Shown piece by piece: positions 46,979-57,631 of a DNA stretch of 64,000 bases. Source of the DNA: an uncultured Selenomonadales bacterium (GTDB lineage: Bacteria; Bacillota; Negativicutes; Acidaminococcales; Acidaminococcaceae); contig OMWZ01000006.1 of NCBI GenBank assembly GCA_900314855.1, forward strand, positions 8,870-72,869, read 5' to 3'. Below the pieces are notes generated by a model. It searched no databases. It was not told the origin of the DNA and worked only from the letters and a program-made list of their open reading frames with translations. The first letter of the stretch is position 1, and each line of letters opens with the position of its first letter. Position numbers and translations under genes: made by a program.

Positions 46979-47057
46979 GTGCGGTTGCTCTTTCGTCGGA
47001 TTGCCGTTACAATAGAAGGGGACAGGCAGTCACTGCCATAGAAGGAGGAAAACGACG

Positions 47058-47753
47058 ATGCAGGAAGGGGTGGGAAACGCGGCATTCCGCTGGGTGCGGC
47101 GCCACCGGAGGCGTCTGCTCGTGGCGGCGTATCTCCTTGCCCTGGTGGCGCTCTACGAAGCGCCGGGCGTCTTTCATCCCCATTCGGTCGAGGAGGCGCG
47201 GGTTTTCGTGGCGTCATACGGGGCCTTGGCGCCGGTGATTTACGTGGGGCTCTACACGTGTCGTCCTCTTTTGCTGTTTCCCAGCCTGATCCTGAATCTG
47301 GCGGCAGGCATCCTCTTTTCGCCTGCCGTGGGGATTCCCTGTCTGCTGCTGGGGGGCCTAGGCAGCGCCACGGTCCTTTTCGTCCTGGCCAGGACCGGCG
47401 TCGGCGCGTCGTTCCTGGCCTGCCGCGGCGGCCGTTGGGGCGGCCGGATCCACCGGTATCTGTCGGAACGGGACCACGCTTTTACGCGCATGCTCTGGCT
47501 CCGCACGGTGCCGTTGTTTCCCTACGATGTGATCAGCTTCATGGCGGGGTGCACGGCCCTGCCGTATCGCACCTTCGCCGTCACGACCCTGCTGGGGATG
47601 GCACCCGGCGCCGTCGCCTTCAATCTCGTCGGAAACGGGCTCGGCACCGACGCCGGCCTGGCTGTGTCGCTCCTGTCGCTGGGAGCGGCCTTTGGCATTC
47701 CCCTCGCGTGTTGGTATTGGAAGAAAGAGAAAAACACATGGAAAAGAACGTAG
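47058..47753 (+). CDS. TVP38/TMEM64 (VTT/DedA) family membrane protein
   Basis: RPLLLFPS.IL..AAG.LF, LRTVPLFPYDVIS and T.LGMAPG. Confidence 0.88.
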   Translation: MQEGVGNAAFRWVRRHRRRLLVAAYLLALVALYEAPGVFHPHSVEEARVFVASYGALAPVIYVGLYTCRPLLLFPSLILNLAAGILFSPAVGIPCLLLGGLGSATVLFVLARTGVGASFLACRGGRWGGRIHRYLSERDHAFTRMLWLRTVPLFPYDVISFMAGCTALPYRTFAVTTLLGMAPGAVAFNLVGNGLGTDAGLAVSLLSLGAAFGIPLACWYWKKEKNTWKRT

Positions 47754-49270
47754 AAACAGAAGTCAAGCTGCTCGTTGGCAAGAAGGAGCTGAAGGAACTC
47801 CTGGAACTTCCCCTCGTGGCGAAACGGGTCCGCAAAGGCAGTCACGAGACACTGAAACTCGTCAACGCCTATTATGACACGAAGGATTTGCTCCTCCGCC
47901 AGGCCGGCATTGCCTACCGCATCCGCCAGACCGGGAATGCCTTTGAACAGACCGTCAAAATGTCGAAGAAGGCCGCTGGCGGCCTTACGTCGCGCGGGGA
48001 GTACACGGTGCCGGCCCAGGGCTGGCGCCCGGATTGGACCGCCTTCGCCGGCGCTGGACTGCCTCTGGATGTGGAAGGCCTCCTGGGCGGCGCCCTGGTG
48101 GAAAAACTCTTTTCCGTACGGGTCAAACGGGACGTACGCCTGCTCCAGGTCACGGCGGACACGGTCGTGGAAATGGCCATCGACCAAGGTTGCGTCCTGG
48201 CGGGCAAGCGCAAGGATACGATCGGCGAAGTGGAACTGGAATTGAAGGAAGGCAAGGTGGAGGACCTGTTGGCCTACATCGGGCAACTGGCCCAGCACGT
48301 GCCCCTTTATACGGAATCGCGCAGCAAGTACGCGCGGGGGCTGGCCCTCCTGGGTAAAGTGGATCCTGGCGCCGGGGCCGGAGTCCCCTTCGGCCCTGAC
48401 GGGAAACAGAGCTACGCCGGCGCCGTCAAGGGGCAGATTTACCAGCACGGGACTCGCATCCTGGAAGAACAAAACGCCTTCCGGGAGGAATCGATCGAGA
48501 CGGAGGCGGACCGCATCTTTCTGCCGTCCTTTACGGCGATTCGGCAGGACCTGCTCCGGGTCCATTCCTTTTTGGATGGCGCCTACGGGATGGAACTGAA
48601 CCTGGAAGGAGTCCTGTCCCCCCTGCGCCGGCTGCGCTGCCTGAAGGACGCGAAGGCCCTGTGGAAGAAGCTGTACGGGGTGGTGGGCAGTGAAGCTTGG
48701 GGCGGCGATAAACTGACGCCTCTCTTCGAGAAGGCCATTGCCGAAACAGGCCGGAAAATCCGCGCCCAGGTGAAGGACGGGGTCTATACGGCGACCCTCT
48801 TCACCCTGTACGGGGCCATGGAAAAAAGCACGTGGAACGCCGGCGATTACCTGCAATATGAGCAGATGCTCCGCCTCGGCGCGGGCCGCCTGCTCGAGGA
48901 AATCCATACCCGTCTCGGGGAAGAAGGGCCGTTGAAGGATTCCCAGGGACGCCGTGTGGGGGATTTGTTGCGGCAGCTCGCGGAAATCTCGGCGCAGACC
49001 AAGGTAGACGGCCTGGATAAGGACAGCCGTAAAAAACTCGAAAGCCTGGCGGCGGGATGGGCCGAGTTGGATGCCTGCGCCGCGGTCCTCCAGATTTTGT
49101 CAGCGCGTTTTTCCAAGGCGAAGGAAGGAACCGTGGCCCGACAGGCAGGACTCTTCTACGGCTGGCTCCTGGCGGACCTGCAGGCCCGGTACCGCAAGAC
49201 TGGCAAAGGGATTCGCAAGTGGGCCGGTGGTGTCAAATTTCCGGAGCATGCCGACAAAGACGGCAAATAA
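47738..49270 (+). CDS. CYTH-domain protein with helical (CHAD-like) C-terminal region
   Basis: N-terminal ExExK motif (ETEVKL), YYDT..LL..RIR, EVELELKEG and SKYARG. Confidence 0.8.
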   Translation: MEKNVETEVKLLVGKKELKELLELPLVAKRVRKGSHETLKLVNAYYDTKDLLLRQAGIAYRIRQTGNAFEQTVKMSKKAAGGLTSRGEYTVPAQGWRPDWTAFAGAGLPLDVEGLLGGALVEKLFSVRVKRDVRLLQVTADTVVEMAIDQGCVLAGKRKDTIGEVELELKEGKVEDLLAYIGQLAQHVPLYTESRSKYARGLALLGKVDPGAGAGVPFGPDGKQSYAGAVKGQIYQHGTRILEEQNAFREESIETEADRIFLPSFTAIRQDLLRVHSFLDGAYGMELNLEGVLSPLRRLRCLKDAKALWKKLYGVVGSEAWGGDKLTPLFEKAIAETGRKIRAQVKDGVYTATLFTLYGAMEKSTWNAGDYLQYEQMLRLGAGRLLEEIHTRLGEEGPLKDSQGRRVGDLLRQLAEISAQTKVDGLDKDSRKKLESLAAGWAELDACAAVLQILSARFSKAKEGTVARQAGLFYGWLLADLQARYRKTGKGIRKWAGGVKFPEHADKDGK

Positions 49271-49445
49271 GCGGGACAGCGGGTTCCCTTCGGACAAACA
49301 GGACCCGCGGAAAATCGGGACCCATGGAAAAGAAGCGAAAAAGGCTCCCCCTCCTATCCCCACGAAACGTGGGGCGGAGGCGGGAGCCTTTGCGCTTGTG
49401 TTTGGGCGGTCCTTCCGGAGGCGGCCGCCTTCCGGGGCGTCGGGA

Positions 49446-50546
49446 TTATCGTTTCTGTGCCGTATCGTCCGGCAGGGTTTCGAGAAGGCCGATGGACTGG
49501 CCGCCTTTGAAGATGACGTACTGGATGGTCAGGACGGCGGAAAGTTTTTCATCCGGCTTGGTGGCGAGGATACTCTGGTTCGGGATGTACAGGTCCAGGG
49601 GCCAGACATTGCGCACGCGAACAGACTGGCCGGCCCGGATGCCTTCCGATTCGAAGCCGTTGCGGAACCGCACGATGCCCGAGGAGTCCTTGACTTCGAC
49701 AGTACCGGAAATACTCAGGATGTCCACCGTGCCGACGTTGGTCAAGGTGAATTCTCCTTCCAGGCTGGCGCCGGTGATGGCGGACGGATCGTCATGGACA
49801 CGGAAGAGGGGCGCCTGGGCCTCGTCCGTACTGACGACAACCGATTGGGCGATGCGCGCCTTAAGGGGGGCGTTCAGTTTGTCCAAACGGGCGCGGATGG
49901 CCTTCTGCCGTGCTTTCATGTACTTTGGCAGGTTGGTGGCGGACACGACTTTCCACGTGCCGTCCTCGCGCTGCAGGCGCAGCGTGACGGGCAGGTCCTG
50001 GTCGAGCTGCCCGTCGTGGAAGGTCAGTTCGGCCGTGGCCGTCTCCCCGTTGTGCTCTACCTTGCCCAGGGAGCGGTATTGGAGACGGAAGAGGCCCAGG
50101 TTGGCCGCCATAGCTTTGGCCATCGCCGTGCCCCGGCCCGTGTCGTCCGCTTCGATGCGTACGGGCAGCGTATTGTCCGGCCGGCCGGACAGGATCCAGT
50201 TCCGCGCCTGCTGCTGGAGAATGGGAACGACGAGCTTTTTCGACTGGTTCAGATAACGTTTCAGGGCCGGATTGGCTTGCTGGTCCGAATCACTGTCCTG
50301 GGCGCCGAAAGAAAATTCGAGACTCTCGTCGAAAAGCCGCGAAAAGAACTGGTTTTTGTCCACATGCTGGTCCACGTAGGCAATATCCTTCGCTTTTACG
50401 GCGTCCACCAGGGTGCGCATGGCATACTGGGGCGTCCGCACCCAGTACCCGAAATAAAACGCGGCGGCCACGGCCACGGCCGCCGCAAGCCCCAAGGCAA
50501 TCAAACGGCTCGCAGAGGAGGTGCGCGGCTCCTTTTGGCTAGACAT
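49446..50546 (-). CDS. Hypothetical membrane-anchored exported protein (DUF2939-like N-terminus)
   Basis: One N-terminal TM, then TPQYAM..LVDAV..D....VD. SD AAGGA. Confidence 0.7.
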   Translation of the reverse strand: MSSQKEPRTSSASRLIALGLAAAVAVAAAFYFGYWVRTPQYAMRTLVDAVKAKDIAYVDQHVDKNQFFSRLFDESLEFSFGAQDSDSDQQANPALKRYLNQSKKLVVPILQQQARNWILSGRPDNTLPVRIEADDTGRGTAMAKAMAANLGLFRLQYRSLGKVEHNGETATAELTFHDGQLDQDLPVTLRLQREDGTWKVVSATNLPKYMKARQKAIRARLDKLNAPLKARIAQSVVVSTDEAQAPLFRVHDDPSAITGASLEGEFTLTNVGTVDILSISGTVEVKDSSGIVRFRNGFESEGIRAGQSVRVRNVWPLDLYIPNQSILATKPDEKLSAVLTIQYVIFKGGQSIGLLETLPDDTAQKR

Positions 50547-50752
50547 GATTTGTTTCCTTTCTCTGTGACGAGGGACTGTCTGTCTTCGCGGCGGCCCGGC
50601 GGGCCTCGGAGTTCAAACTTTTGTCACAAATACAACTCCTATTTTTACGCTATGTTTCGGCTTTTGTCAAGCGGGATTTCATCCTGTCATTTCCCGGGGA
50701 GACCGGGCGTTTCCAGCGGGCAGGAGGGAGAGAAAAAATCCAGGGATTCTAT

Positions 50753-50780
50753 TTGACTTTTTGACCTTCGATGTTATAAT
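50753..50780 (+). promoter_or_regulatory. Consensus sigma-A promoter with no sense gene directly downstream
   Basis: TTGACT-N16-TATAAT with extended TG. The next plus-strand gene, clpB, is 1.27 kb away. Confidence 0.5.
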
Positions 50781-50792
50781 GAAACTGGGCAG

Positions 50793-50821
50793 AAAAAAGG
50801 GACACCCCGCGGGGGTGTCCC
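50793..50821 (-). terminator. Terminator of the 50845-51948 gene
   Basis: GGGACACCCC-gcg-GGGGTGTCCC with a T6 tail on the minus strand only. Confidence 0.8.
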
Positions 50822-50844
50822 GGAATGCCCGCCCGCGGGCGGCG

Positions 50845-51948
50845 TCAGCCGAGGCCGCGGATGAGGAAGTAGTAAAGGTAGGGAGCAATGCTGGCGAGCA
50901 GCATGAGGACGAGGATGGCCGTGATGATGGACAGCAGGATCAGGTTGTATTTTCGGATCCGTTCCAGGTGGTCCGTTTCGACGGCTTCGTTGATCATGTT
51001 GTAGCAGCGCTGCAGGACCTGCATCTTCAGCTCGATGTTCTCCTGCCAGACACGGGCTTTCAGCAAGTCCATGTAGCGGGCGTAGACCTTGGCGTAGAAC
51101 ACGTCTTCGGTTACACGCAGGGAGTTGGTGATGTTGCTGGTGAGGCTGCTGACGTCGGCCATGGTTTCCAGGAGTTCGTCCCGGATGGAGCGGAACTTGC
51201 GGATGTTCGACTTTTGCATGGCATCCGGTTCCCCGATGACGTCGTACGTCGTATCGATGGCGTGGTTCAGGAAGTTATCATAATACCGCAGCTCCAGGTA
51301 CTGCGCGTTGGCGAATTCCAGCAGGTCCGGAATGTCCGTGGATCCCGTGGGATCGTAGACCAGGGCGCTGTCCCAGGTCAGGTAGGCCACGTCGTCGGCG
51401 TAGGAGAACCGGTTGGACAGGACGTCCGCGCGGGTTGCCGCGTTGACGGGATGACGGTCTTTTAGGAGAAACGCCGCGATGTCCCAGTCGGCCGGCACGG
51501 GGTCTTCGAAGTAGTAGACCGTAAAGTCCTCGTCAAACCCGGATACGTTGGGATTGACGCAGGCCGGACGGATCGTCTCCAGCGTGGCATCCAGGAAACT
51601 GCGGAATTCCTCGTCGGGCATTTCCTCGACGCCCATGACGAGATCCATGTACTGGTCGTAGGTCACGTCTTCTTCCACCTGGATGTTGAAGATGATGGAA
51701 ATGACCCCGATGTCGAGGATGCGGGCGTAGACGCCGACAAAATGCGTGGCCTTGCCGATCTGCAGCTCGTGGGATCCCAGCTCCACCAGGACCGGCGGGT
51801 TCTGGATTTCGATGGAACGCGTGGAAATCCGGTTCAGACGGAGGCGGGACGCGATCTTATTGCGGCTCATCCACAGGGCCTGGACGGAATCCAGATTGAT
51901 TTCGTCGGCCACATCGTAAAGACGGTAGGTGTAGATGTTGGTTTTCAT
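50845..51948 (-). CDS. Conserved hypothetical protein with C-terminal TM (possibly RMD1/DUF155- or CorA-like)
   Basis: 367-aa ORF with host codon bias, SD GAGGG, long helices and a C-terminal hydrophobic segment. Confidence 0.8.
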   Translation of the reverse strand: MKTNIYTYRLYDVADEINLDSVQALWMSRNKIASRLRLNRISTRSIEIQNPPVLVELGSHELQIGKATHFVGVYARILDIGVISIIFNIQVEEDVTYDQYMDLVMGVEEMPDEEFRSFLDATLETIRPACVNPNVSGFDEDFTVYYFEDPVPADWDIAAFLLKDRHPVNAATRADVLSNRFSYADDVAYLTWDSALVYDPTGSTDIPDLLEFANAQYLELRYYDNFLNHAIDTTYDVIGEPDAMQKSNIRKFRSIRDELLETMADVSSLTSNITNSLRVTEDVFYAKVYARYMDLLKARVWQENIELKMQVLQRCYNMINEAVETDHLERIRKYNLILLSIITAILVLMLLASIAPYLYYFLIRGLG

Positions 51949-52055
51949 GATAAATATCCCTCATACAAGTGACTACATTACAAAATACGATAAAAATCCG
52001 AAATTTTACTTCCAGATAGTTTGATTATACCATATCCGAAAAGGAGTTGAGCCAT

Positions 52056-54611
52056 ATGAATGAAAATTATTCCGAAGAAGTCAAGAGCCTTTTGGAGGCG
52101 GCCCAGCAGCAGGCCATCATGAACTACAATCAGGAAGTGACGAGCGCCCACCTGCTGGCAGCCCTGTGCAGCGAGGATTTCTTCAAATTCCTCCTGCAGA
52201 CCTTCCACGTCGACGGCAACGCCTTTGCCGGGGAAGCGCGGAACCTGGTGGCGCGGATTCCTTCCGTCAAAGGACAGGACCGGCAGCTGCTCATGAGTAC
52301 GGACTTTGCCCGCGTCGGCGCGGTCATGGCGCGCAAAGCCGGGCAGGGCACGATTACCGTGGGCCATCTGATCAGTGCCCTGGCCAGCGACGGCAGCACG
52401 GAGGTGCAGGCCCTGTTCCGCAAATATGGGATCGACAGCGCGAAGATTGAACAGCTCTACGAGCACTACTTGAATAGCTCCGCTAATGGCGAGAGCCGGA
52501 AAACCCTGGCCAAGTTCGGTCAGGACTTGACGGAAAAGGCCCGGCAGGGCAAGCTGGATCCCGTAATCGGGCGGGACGACGAAATCCGCCGGACCATTGA
52601 GATTCTGAGCCGTCGGAAAAAGAACAATCCGGTCCTTATCGGCGAACCGGGCGTCGGCAAGACGGCGATCGTCGAAGGCCTGGCCCGCCGCATCATTGCC
52701 GGCGATGTGCCGGAAAGCCTGAAGAACAAGACCCTCTATGCCCTGGACCTGGCGGCCCTCGTTGCCGGGGCCAAGTACCGCGGGGAATTTGAGGAGCGCC
52801 TGAAGAAGGTCCTCAAGGCCGTGTCCGACAGCGCCGGCCAGATTATCATGTTTATCGACGAACTGCATACGGTTGTCGGGGCCGGCGCCGCCGAGGGATC
52901 CATGGACGCCGGGAACATCCTGAAGCCCATGCTGGCCCGCGGGGAACTGCGCTGCATCGGTGCCACGACCTTGAATGAGTATCATAAGTATATTGAAAAG
53001 GACAGTGCCCTGGAACGCCGGTTCCAGCCGGTCATGGTCAACGAGCCGTCCGTGGAAGACACGATTTCGATTCTCCGCGGGTTGAAGGAGGCGTACGAAA
53101 ACCATCACGGCGTGCGGATCAAAGACTCGGCCCTCGTGGCGGCTGCCGTCCTGAGCAACCGCTACATCAACGACCGGTTCCTGCCGGACAAGGCCATCGA
53201 CCTCGTCGACGAGGCCGCGGCCCGACTGCGTACGGAAATTGATTCGTCGCCTGTAGAAATCGACGAATGCAAGCGCCGTATCCTGCAGCTCGAAATCGAG
53301 GAACAGGCCCTGAAAAAGGAAGACGACGCCGCGTCGGCGGACCGCCTGGCCAAACTGCAGGAACAGCTGGCCAAGCTGCGCCAGGACAATGACGCCCTCA
53401 TGGGGCGGTGGAATGCGGAAAAGGCATCCATCGTCAAAGTGCGGGAAGTGAAGAAGGAAATCGGGGCCGTGAAGCAGGACATGGAAAAGGCGGAACGGGA
53501 CTACGATCTGAATAAACTGGCCGAGTTGAAGTATGGCCGCCTGCCGGAACTGCAGAAGCAGTTGAAGGCCCTGGAAGACAAAAACAGCAGCGGGGATTCC
53601 CTGCTGAAGGAAGAAGTCGACGAGGAAGATATCGCGAAAGTGGTCAGCACGTGGACAGGGATTCCGGTCCAGCGTCTGGGCACGGGCGAGCGGGAGAAAC
53701 TGATCCACCTGGAAGACACGCTCCACGAACATGTCATCGGCCAGGACGAAGCGGTGAAAGCCGTGTCCGAAGCCGTCATCCGCGCGCGGGCCGGCATCAA
53801 GGATCCGAACCGTCCCATTGGCTCGTTCATCTTCCTCGGCCCGACGGGCGTCGGCAAGACGGAACTGGCCAAGACCCTGGCGGAAGTCCTCTTTGATGAC
53901 GAAAAGAATATGATCCGCATCGACATGAGCGAATACATGGAAAAACATACCGTGTCCCGCCTGATTGGCGCACCTCCCGGCTACGTAGGGTACGACGAGG
54001 GCGGCCAGCTGACGGAAGCGGTGCGGCGCCATCCGTATTCGGTCATCCTCTTCGATGAAATCGAAAAAGCCCATCCGGATGTCTTCAACGCCCTGCTGCA
54101 GGTCCTGGACGACGGCCGCCTGACCGACGGGCAGGGGCGCAGCGTGGACTTCAAGAACACCCTGATTATCATGACGAGCAACATCGGGTCCCAGCAGATT
54201 ATGGAAAGCAAGGGGAAGATGGATAAGGAAGAGGTGCGGCAGATGCTGCTGACACGCTTCCGTCCGGAATTCCTGAACCGCGTGGACGACATCGTCGTCT
54301 TCAAGGCCCTGCAGCCGGAGCAGGTCCAGGGCATCGTCGGCCTGATCCTGAGGGAACTGGCGGACCGCGTGAACAAGCAGCTGGAAATCAAGCTGACTTG
54401 GACAGACGAGGCTGTGGCCTACCTGGCCAAGGCCGGTTTCGATCCGGCCTTTGGCGCCCGTCCGCTGAAACGGCTGATTGTGCACACCGTAGAAAACGTG
54501 CTGAGCCGGAAGATTGTCAGCGGCGAGATCGGGAATGGGGACAGCGCGGAAATTGTTCTCGACAGCAGCGGGAACGTGGATGTCCGTGTGACAGCCAAGG
54601 CATCCCGGTAA
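52056..54611 (+). CDS. clpB: ATP-dependent chaperone ClpB
   Basis: [22 protein letters not shown], coiled-coil middle domain, GPTGVGKTE and [15 protein letters not shown]. Confidence 0.95.
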   Translation: MNENYSEEVKSLLEAAQQQAIMNYNQEVTSAHLLAALCSEDFFKFLLQTFHVDGNAFAGEARNLVARIPSVKGQDRQLLMSTDFARVGAVMARKAGQGTITVGHLISALASDGSTEVQALFRKYGIDSAKIEQLYEHYLNSSANGESRKTLAKFGQDLTEKARQGKLDPVIGRDDEIRRTIEILSRRKKNNPVLIGEPGVGKTAIVEGLARRIIAGDVPESLKNKTLYALDLAALVAGAKYRGEFEERLKKVLKAVSDSAGQIIMFIDELHTVVGAGAAEGSMDAGNILKPMLARGELRCIGATTLNEYHKYIEKDSALERRFQPVMVNEPSVEDTISILRGLKEAYENHHGVRIKDSALVAAAVLSNRYINDRFLPDKAIDLVDEAAARLRTEIDSSPVEIDECKRRILQLEIEEQALKKEDDAASADRLAKLQEQLAKLRQDNDALMGRWNAEKASIVKVREVKKEIGAVKQDMEKAERDYDLNKLAELKYGRLPELQKQLKALEDKNSSGDSLLKEEVDEEDIAKVVSTWTGIPVQRLGTGEREKLIHLEDTLHEHVIGQDEAVKAVSEAVIRARAGIKDPNRPIGSFIFLGPTGVGKTELAKTLAEVLFDDEKNMIRIDMSEYMEKHTVSRLIGAPPGYVGYDEGGQLTEAVRRHPYSVILFDEIEKAHPDVFNALLQVLDDGRLTDGQGRSVDFKNTLIIMTSNIGSQQIMESKGKMDKEEVRQMLLTRFRPEFLNRVDDIVVFKALQPEQVQGIVGLILRELADRVNKQLEIKLTWTDEAVAYLAKAGFDPAFGARPLKRLIVHTVENVLSRKIVSGEIGNGDSAEIVLDSSGNVDVRVTAKASR

Positions 54612-54635
54612 CGGATCGGGAAGGAAAAGCAAGGG

Positions 54636-54665
54636 AGGCGGCACCGCGAGGCGCCGCCTTTTTTT
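54636..54665 (+). terminator. Terminator after clpB
   Basis: AGGCGGC..GCCGCCT followed by a T-tract. Confidence 0.75.
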
Positions 54666-54798
54666 GTGAAATTTGCGGCGAAACGGGGGATATCCTATTG
54701 TTTTCCCCGAAAGTGTGATACTATTAATATATATAACCATTTTCAATCCATAACGGCTCTGCGGGAAACCGCGGCCGGTCCAGTCAAGGAGGTCCCTC

Positions 54799-55431
54799 AT
54801 GAAGAATTGGAAAAAATTGGTGATTCTTGGCGCTGTTTGCTATGTAGGCTACAAACTGGGCGAAAAGTACCTGAAAGAAAATGACATGACCCCTTGCGAC
54901 GTGGTCCACAAGGTCCGGGACAAGGCCAAGGAAGCGGCGGAACGGACGATGACCGCGGTCAAGGAAAAGAAGGCCGAACGGGACGCCCGCGAAGCGGCCC
55001 GGCCGAAGACGGTCTACCCCTTTGGCAACGACAAGCGGATGGAAATCGTCAAGCTGGACGCGGAGCTGACAGGACTTTTTGACAGCCGGCTGAATTTCCC
55101 TGTGGAAAAGCAGGTCCGGTCCTATAGTGAGGAAGAGGGCGTCCTGTACGTGTATGCCGATCATGCGGATTATGTGATCCGCGACCCCTTCTTCCTGACG
55201 GTCTATGTCAAGGATACGGCGGCGGCGGCGGAACGCGCCCTGGAATTGGGACAGTATTATACGGACGAGGAAGCGGCGGTCTATGCCTATGGCAAGGACA
55301 AACCGTATCCCCTGAAAGCGGAAACGGACGGGGCAGAAAACCCCGCGGCGGATGGCACAGGGGAACCCGGCGCGGCGGAGGCGGCGGCCGGTCCGGACGA
55401 GACGGGAAAACCCGAAGCGTCCGAAGCATAA
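54799..55431 (+). CDS. Hypothetical protein (N-terminal hydrophobic anchor, acidic tail)
   Basis: SD AAGGAGG and host codon bias. No recognised family. Confidence 0.75.
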   Translation: MKNWKKLVILGAVCYVGYKLGEKYLKENDMTPCDVVHKVRDKAKEAAERTMTAVKEKKAERDAREAARPKTVYPFGNDKRMEIVKLDAELTGLFDSRLNFPVEKQVRSYSEEEGVLYVYADHADYVIRDPFFLTVYVKDTAAAAERALELGQYYTDEEAAVYAYGKDKPYPLKAETDGAENPAADGTGEPGAAEAAAGPDETGKPEASEA

Positions 55432-55514
55432 GTAAATCAGGAACGGACAAGCCATACGGCCGCGGAAGCACGGTTGTATGGCTTTTTGAAAAGGAAGGAG
55501 GAAGTGGGACCCCT

Positions 55515-55883
55515 ATGATTCTCGGAATTGGCTGTGATTTGGCGGAAACGGCGCGGATAGGAGCCGCGTTGAATAAGAAGGGATTTGTGGAGCGGGTTTT
55601 TACGGAGCGGGAACGGGCGGTCGGCACAGGCGCCCACGCGGTGGAACATTACGCGGCCCGGTTCGCGGCCAAGGAGGCCTTCCTGAAGGCGCTGGGCACG
55701 GGCTTGCGGGAGGGCCGGCTGCAGGATATCGAAACGGGGAAGGATGACCTGGGCAAGCCGGTCCTGAACGTGACGGGGCGTTTCCGGGAGCGGCTCGACA
55801 CCCTGGGTGTCACCCGGATCCACGTGACGTTGAGCCATACGCGGGAAACGGCTATGGCTGTCGTCGTCCTGGAAGGAAACTAA
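55515..55883 (+). CDS. acpS: Holo-ACP synthase
   Basis: ILGIGCD, AARFAAKEAFLKALGTG and VTLSH. Confidence 0.95.
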   Translation: MILGIGCDLAETARIGAALNKKGFVERVFTERERAVGTGAHAVEHYAARFAAKEAFLKALGTGLREGRLQDIETGKDDLGKPVLNVTGRFRERLDTLGVTRIHVTLSHTRETAMAVVVLEGN

Positions 55884-55892
55884 GGAGGAGCT

Positions 55893-57575
55893 ATGCGTAT
55901 CGTACGGGCAGAGGAAATGCGGCAGCTGGACCGGCGGGCTGAGGAAGAGTACGGGCTGCCGGGGCTGCTGCTGATGGAAAATGCCGGCCGGGCGGTGGCG
56001 GAGGCGGCCGTGGCCATGCTCGGCGGCTCGGCGGTGGGGAAACGCGTCGTCATTTTGGCGGGCAAGGGCAACAATGGCGGCGACGGTTCCGGTGCCGGCC
56101 GTTGGCTCGTCAACGGGGGAGCCGTTGTAACCCTCGTGCTTACGGGCAGGCCGGAGGAGCTGGTAGGCAGCGCGGCCGATGAATTGCAGTTCTACTTGTC
56201 CTCGGGCGGCGCGTTGGTGTGCTGGAATCCGGCCCGGCCGGAAGGTCCCGGCGGCTCGGCCGGCTCGGCCGCGGGGCTGTTGGAAGCGGCCCGGCGTTTC
56301 GCGGAAACGGACGGGGAGACACGGCGTTTGCGGGAACTCCTGGGCCAGGCGGACCTGATTGTCGACGCCCTGCTGGGGACGGGCTTTTCGGGCCGCCTGC
56401 GCTGGCCCTGCCTGGTGCTGTGCACCTTGACGAATGACGCGGAGGCGCCGGTTTTGGCCGTGGATATCCCGACAGGAGTACAGGCCGACGACGGCGCCTG
56501 CGCGGTCGGTGCCATGCAGGCCGACCGGACCGTGACCATGGCCCTGCCCAAACAGGGCTTGTACCTATATCCCGGCGCCGCCTGCGCGGGCCTGCTGACC
56601 GTAGCCGACATCGGGATGCCGGCGCCCCTGCTGGCCCCGCCGGAAGAGGCGCGTTTCGTCCCCAGCGCGGCGGATATCGCGGCGCTCCTGCCGCAGCGGC
56701 CCCGGACCCTGCACAAAGGCCTGGCGGGCCGCGTGACCCTCGTTGCCGGCTCGACGGGGTATCTCGGCGCGGCCGCGCTGGCCGGGCAGGCTGCCGTGAA
56801 AGGCGGCGCCGGCTTGGTGACGTTGTTGACGCCGGCCTCGGCCCGGCCGCTCCTGGCCGTTAAACTGACGGAGGTCATGGTGAAGGGCCTGCCGGAAGGA
56901 CCGGCGGTGCCGGTCGAAGCTGCCGGGACCGCGACGGGAACCCTCGTGCCGGGCGGTCTGGCCCCGGCAGCTGTCACGATGGTCCTGGACGAAAGCAGTG
57001 GCGCCGACGCCCTGGCCATCGGGCCGGGACTCGGAACGTCGGAAGAAACGGGGACGGCGATCCGCCAGATCCTCCTGGACACGCAGCTGCCCTGCGTCAT
57101 CGATGCGGACGCCCTCACGGCGTTGCAGGGACACACGGACCTGCTGCTGCATATGGCGGCGGATAAAGTCCTGACCCCCCATCCCGGCGAAATGGCCCGC
57201 CTGACGGGCCTGACCGTCGGCCAGATCGAAAGGGACCGCGTGGAAACGGCCCGGACCTATGCCCGGCAATGGCAGTGCGTCCTGCTTTTGAAGGGCGTGC
57301 CGACGGTCGTTGCCCTGCCCGACGGGACGGCGTATTTGAACACGACAGGCAATCCCGCCATGGCGACGGGCGGCTGCGGCGATGTCCTGACCGGACTCTT
57401 GGCAGCCCTCCTGGCGCAAGGCCTGCCCGCGGGGGATGCGGCCGTCGCTGCGGCGTACCTGCACGGCCTGGCAGGGGACCTGGCTGCCGGTGGCTCCGTC
57501 GGCCTGGCGGCGTCGGAACTGGCGGCCTGCCTTCCGGAGGCGCGCAAACAAGTGACACAAGCAGCCATTTTGTGA
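55893..57575 (+). CDS. nnr: Bifunctional NAD(P)H-hydrate epimerase/dehydratase
   Basis: LMENAG, GKGNNGGDG, DALLGTG, AIGPGLG, LTPHPGEMARL and MATGGCGDVLTG. Confidence 0.93.
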   Translation: MRIVRAEEMRQLDRRAEEEYGLPGLLLMENAGRAVAEAAVAMLGGSAVGKRVVILAGKGNNGGDGSGAGRWLVNGGAVVTLVLTGRPEELVGSAADELQFYLSSGGALVCWNPARPEGPGGSAGSAAGLLEAARRFAETDGETRRLRELLGQADLIVDALLGTGFSGRLRWPCLVLCTLTNDAEAPVLAVDIPTGVQADDGACAVGAMQADRTVTMALPKQGLYLYPGAACAGLLTVADIGMPAPLLAPPEEARFVPSAADIAALLPQRPRTLHKGLAGRVTLVAGSTGYLGAAALAGQAAVKGGAGLVTLLTPASARPLLAVKLTEVMVKGLPEGPAVPVEAAGTATGTLVPGGLAPAAVTMVLDESSGADALAIGPGLGTSEETGTAIRQILLDTQLPCVIDADALTALQGHTDLLLHMAADKVLTPHPGEMARLTGLTVGQIERDRVETARTYARQWQCVLLLKGVPTVVALPDGTAYLNTTGNPAMATGGCGDVLTGLLAALLAQGLPAGDAAVAAAYLHGLAGDLAAGGSVGLAASELAACLPEARKQVTQAAIL

Positions 57576-57631
57576 TATAATCAATTGTTACCACAAAATA
57601 TTTCATAAAATACGTGAAGGAGGAAGGCGGC

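Noticed and set aside
51978-54800. 940-aa minus-strand ORF
   Set aside because: Antisense shadow of clpB, typical of GC-rich codon bias. No recognisable motifs.
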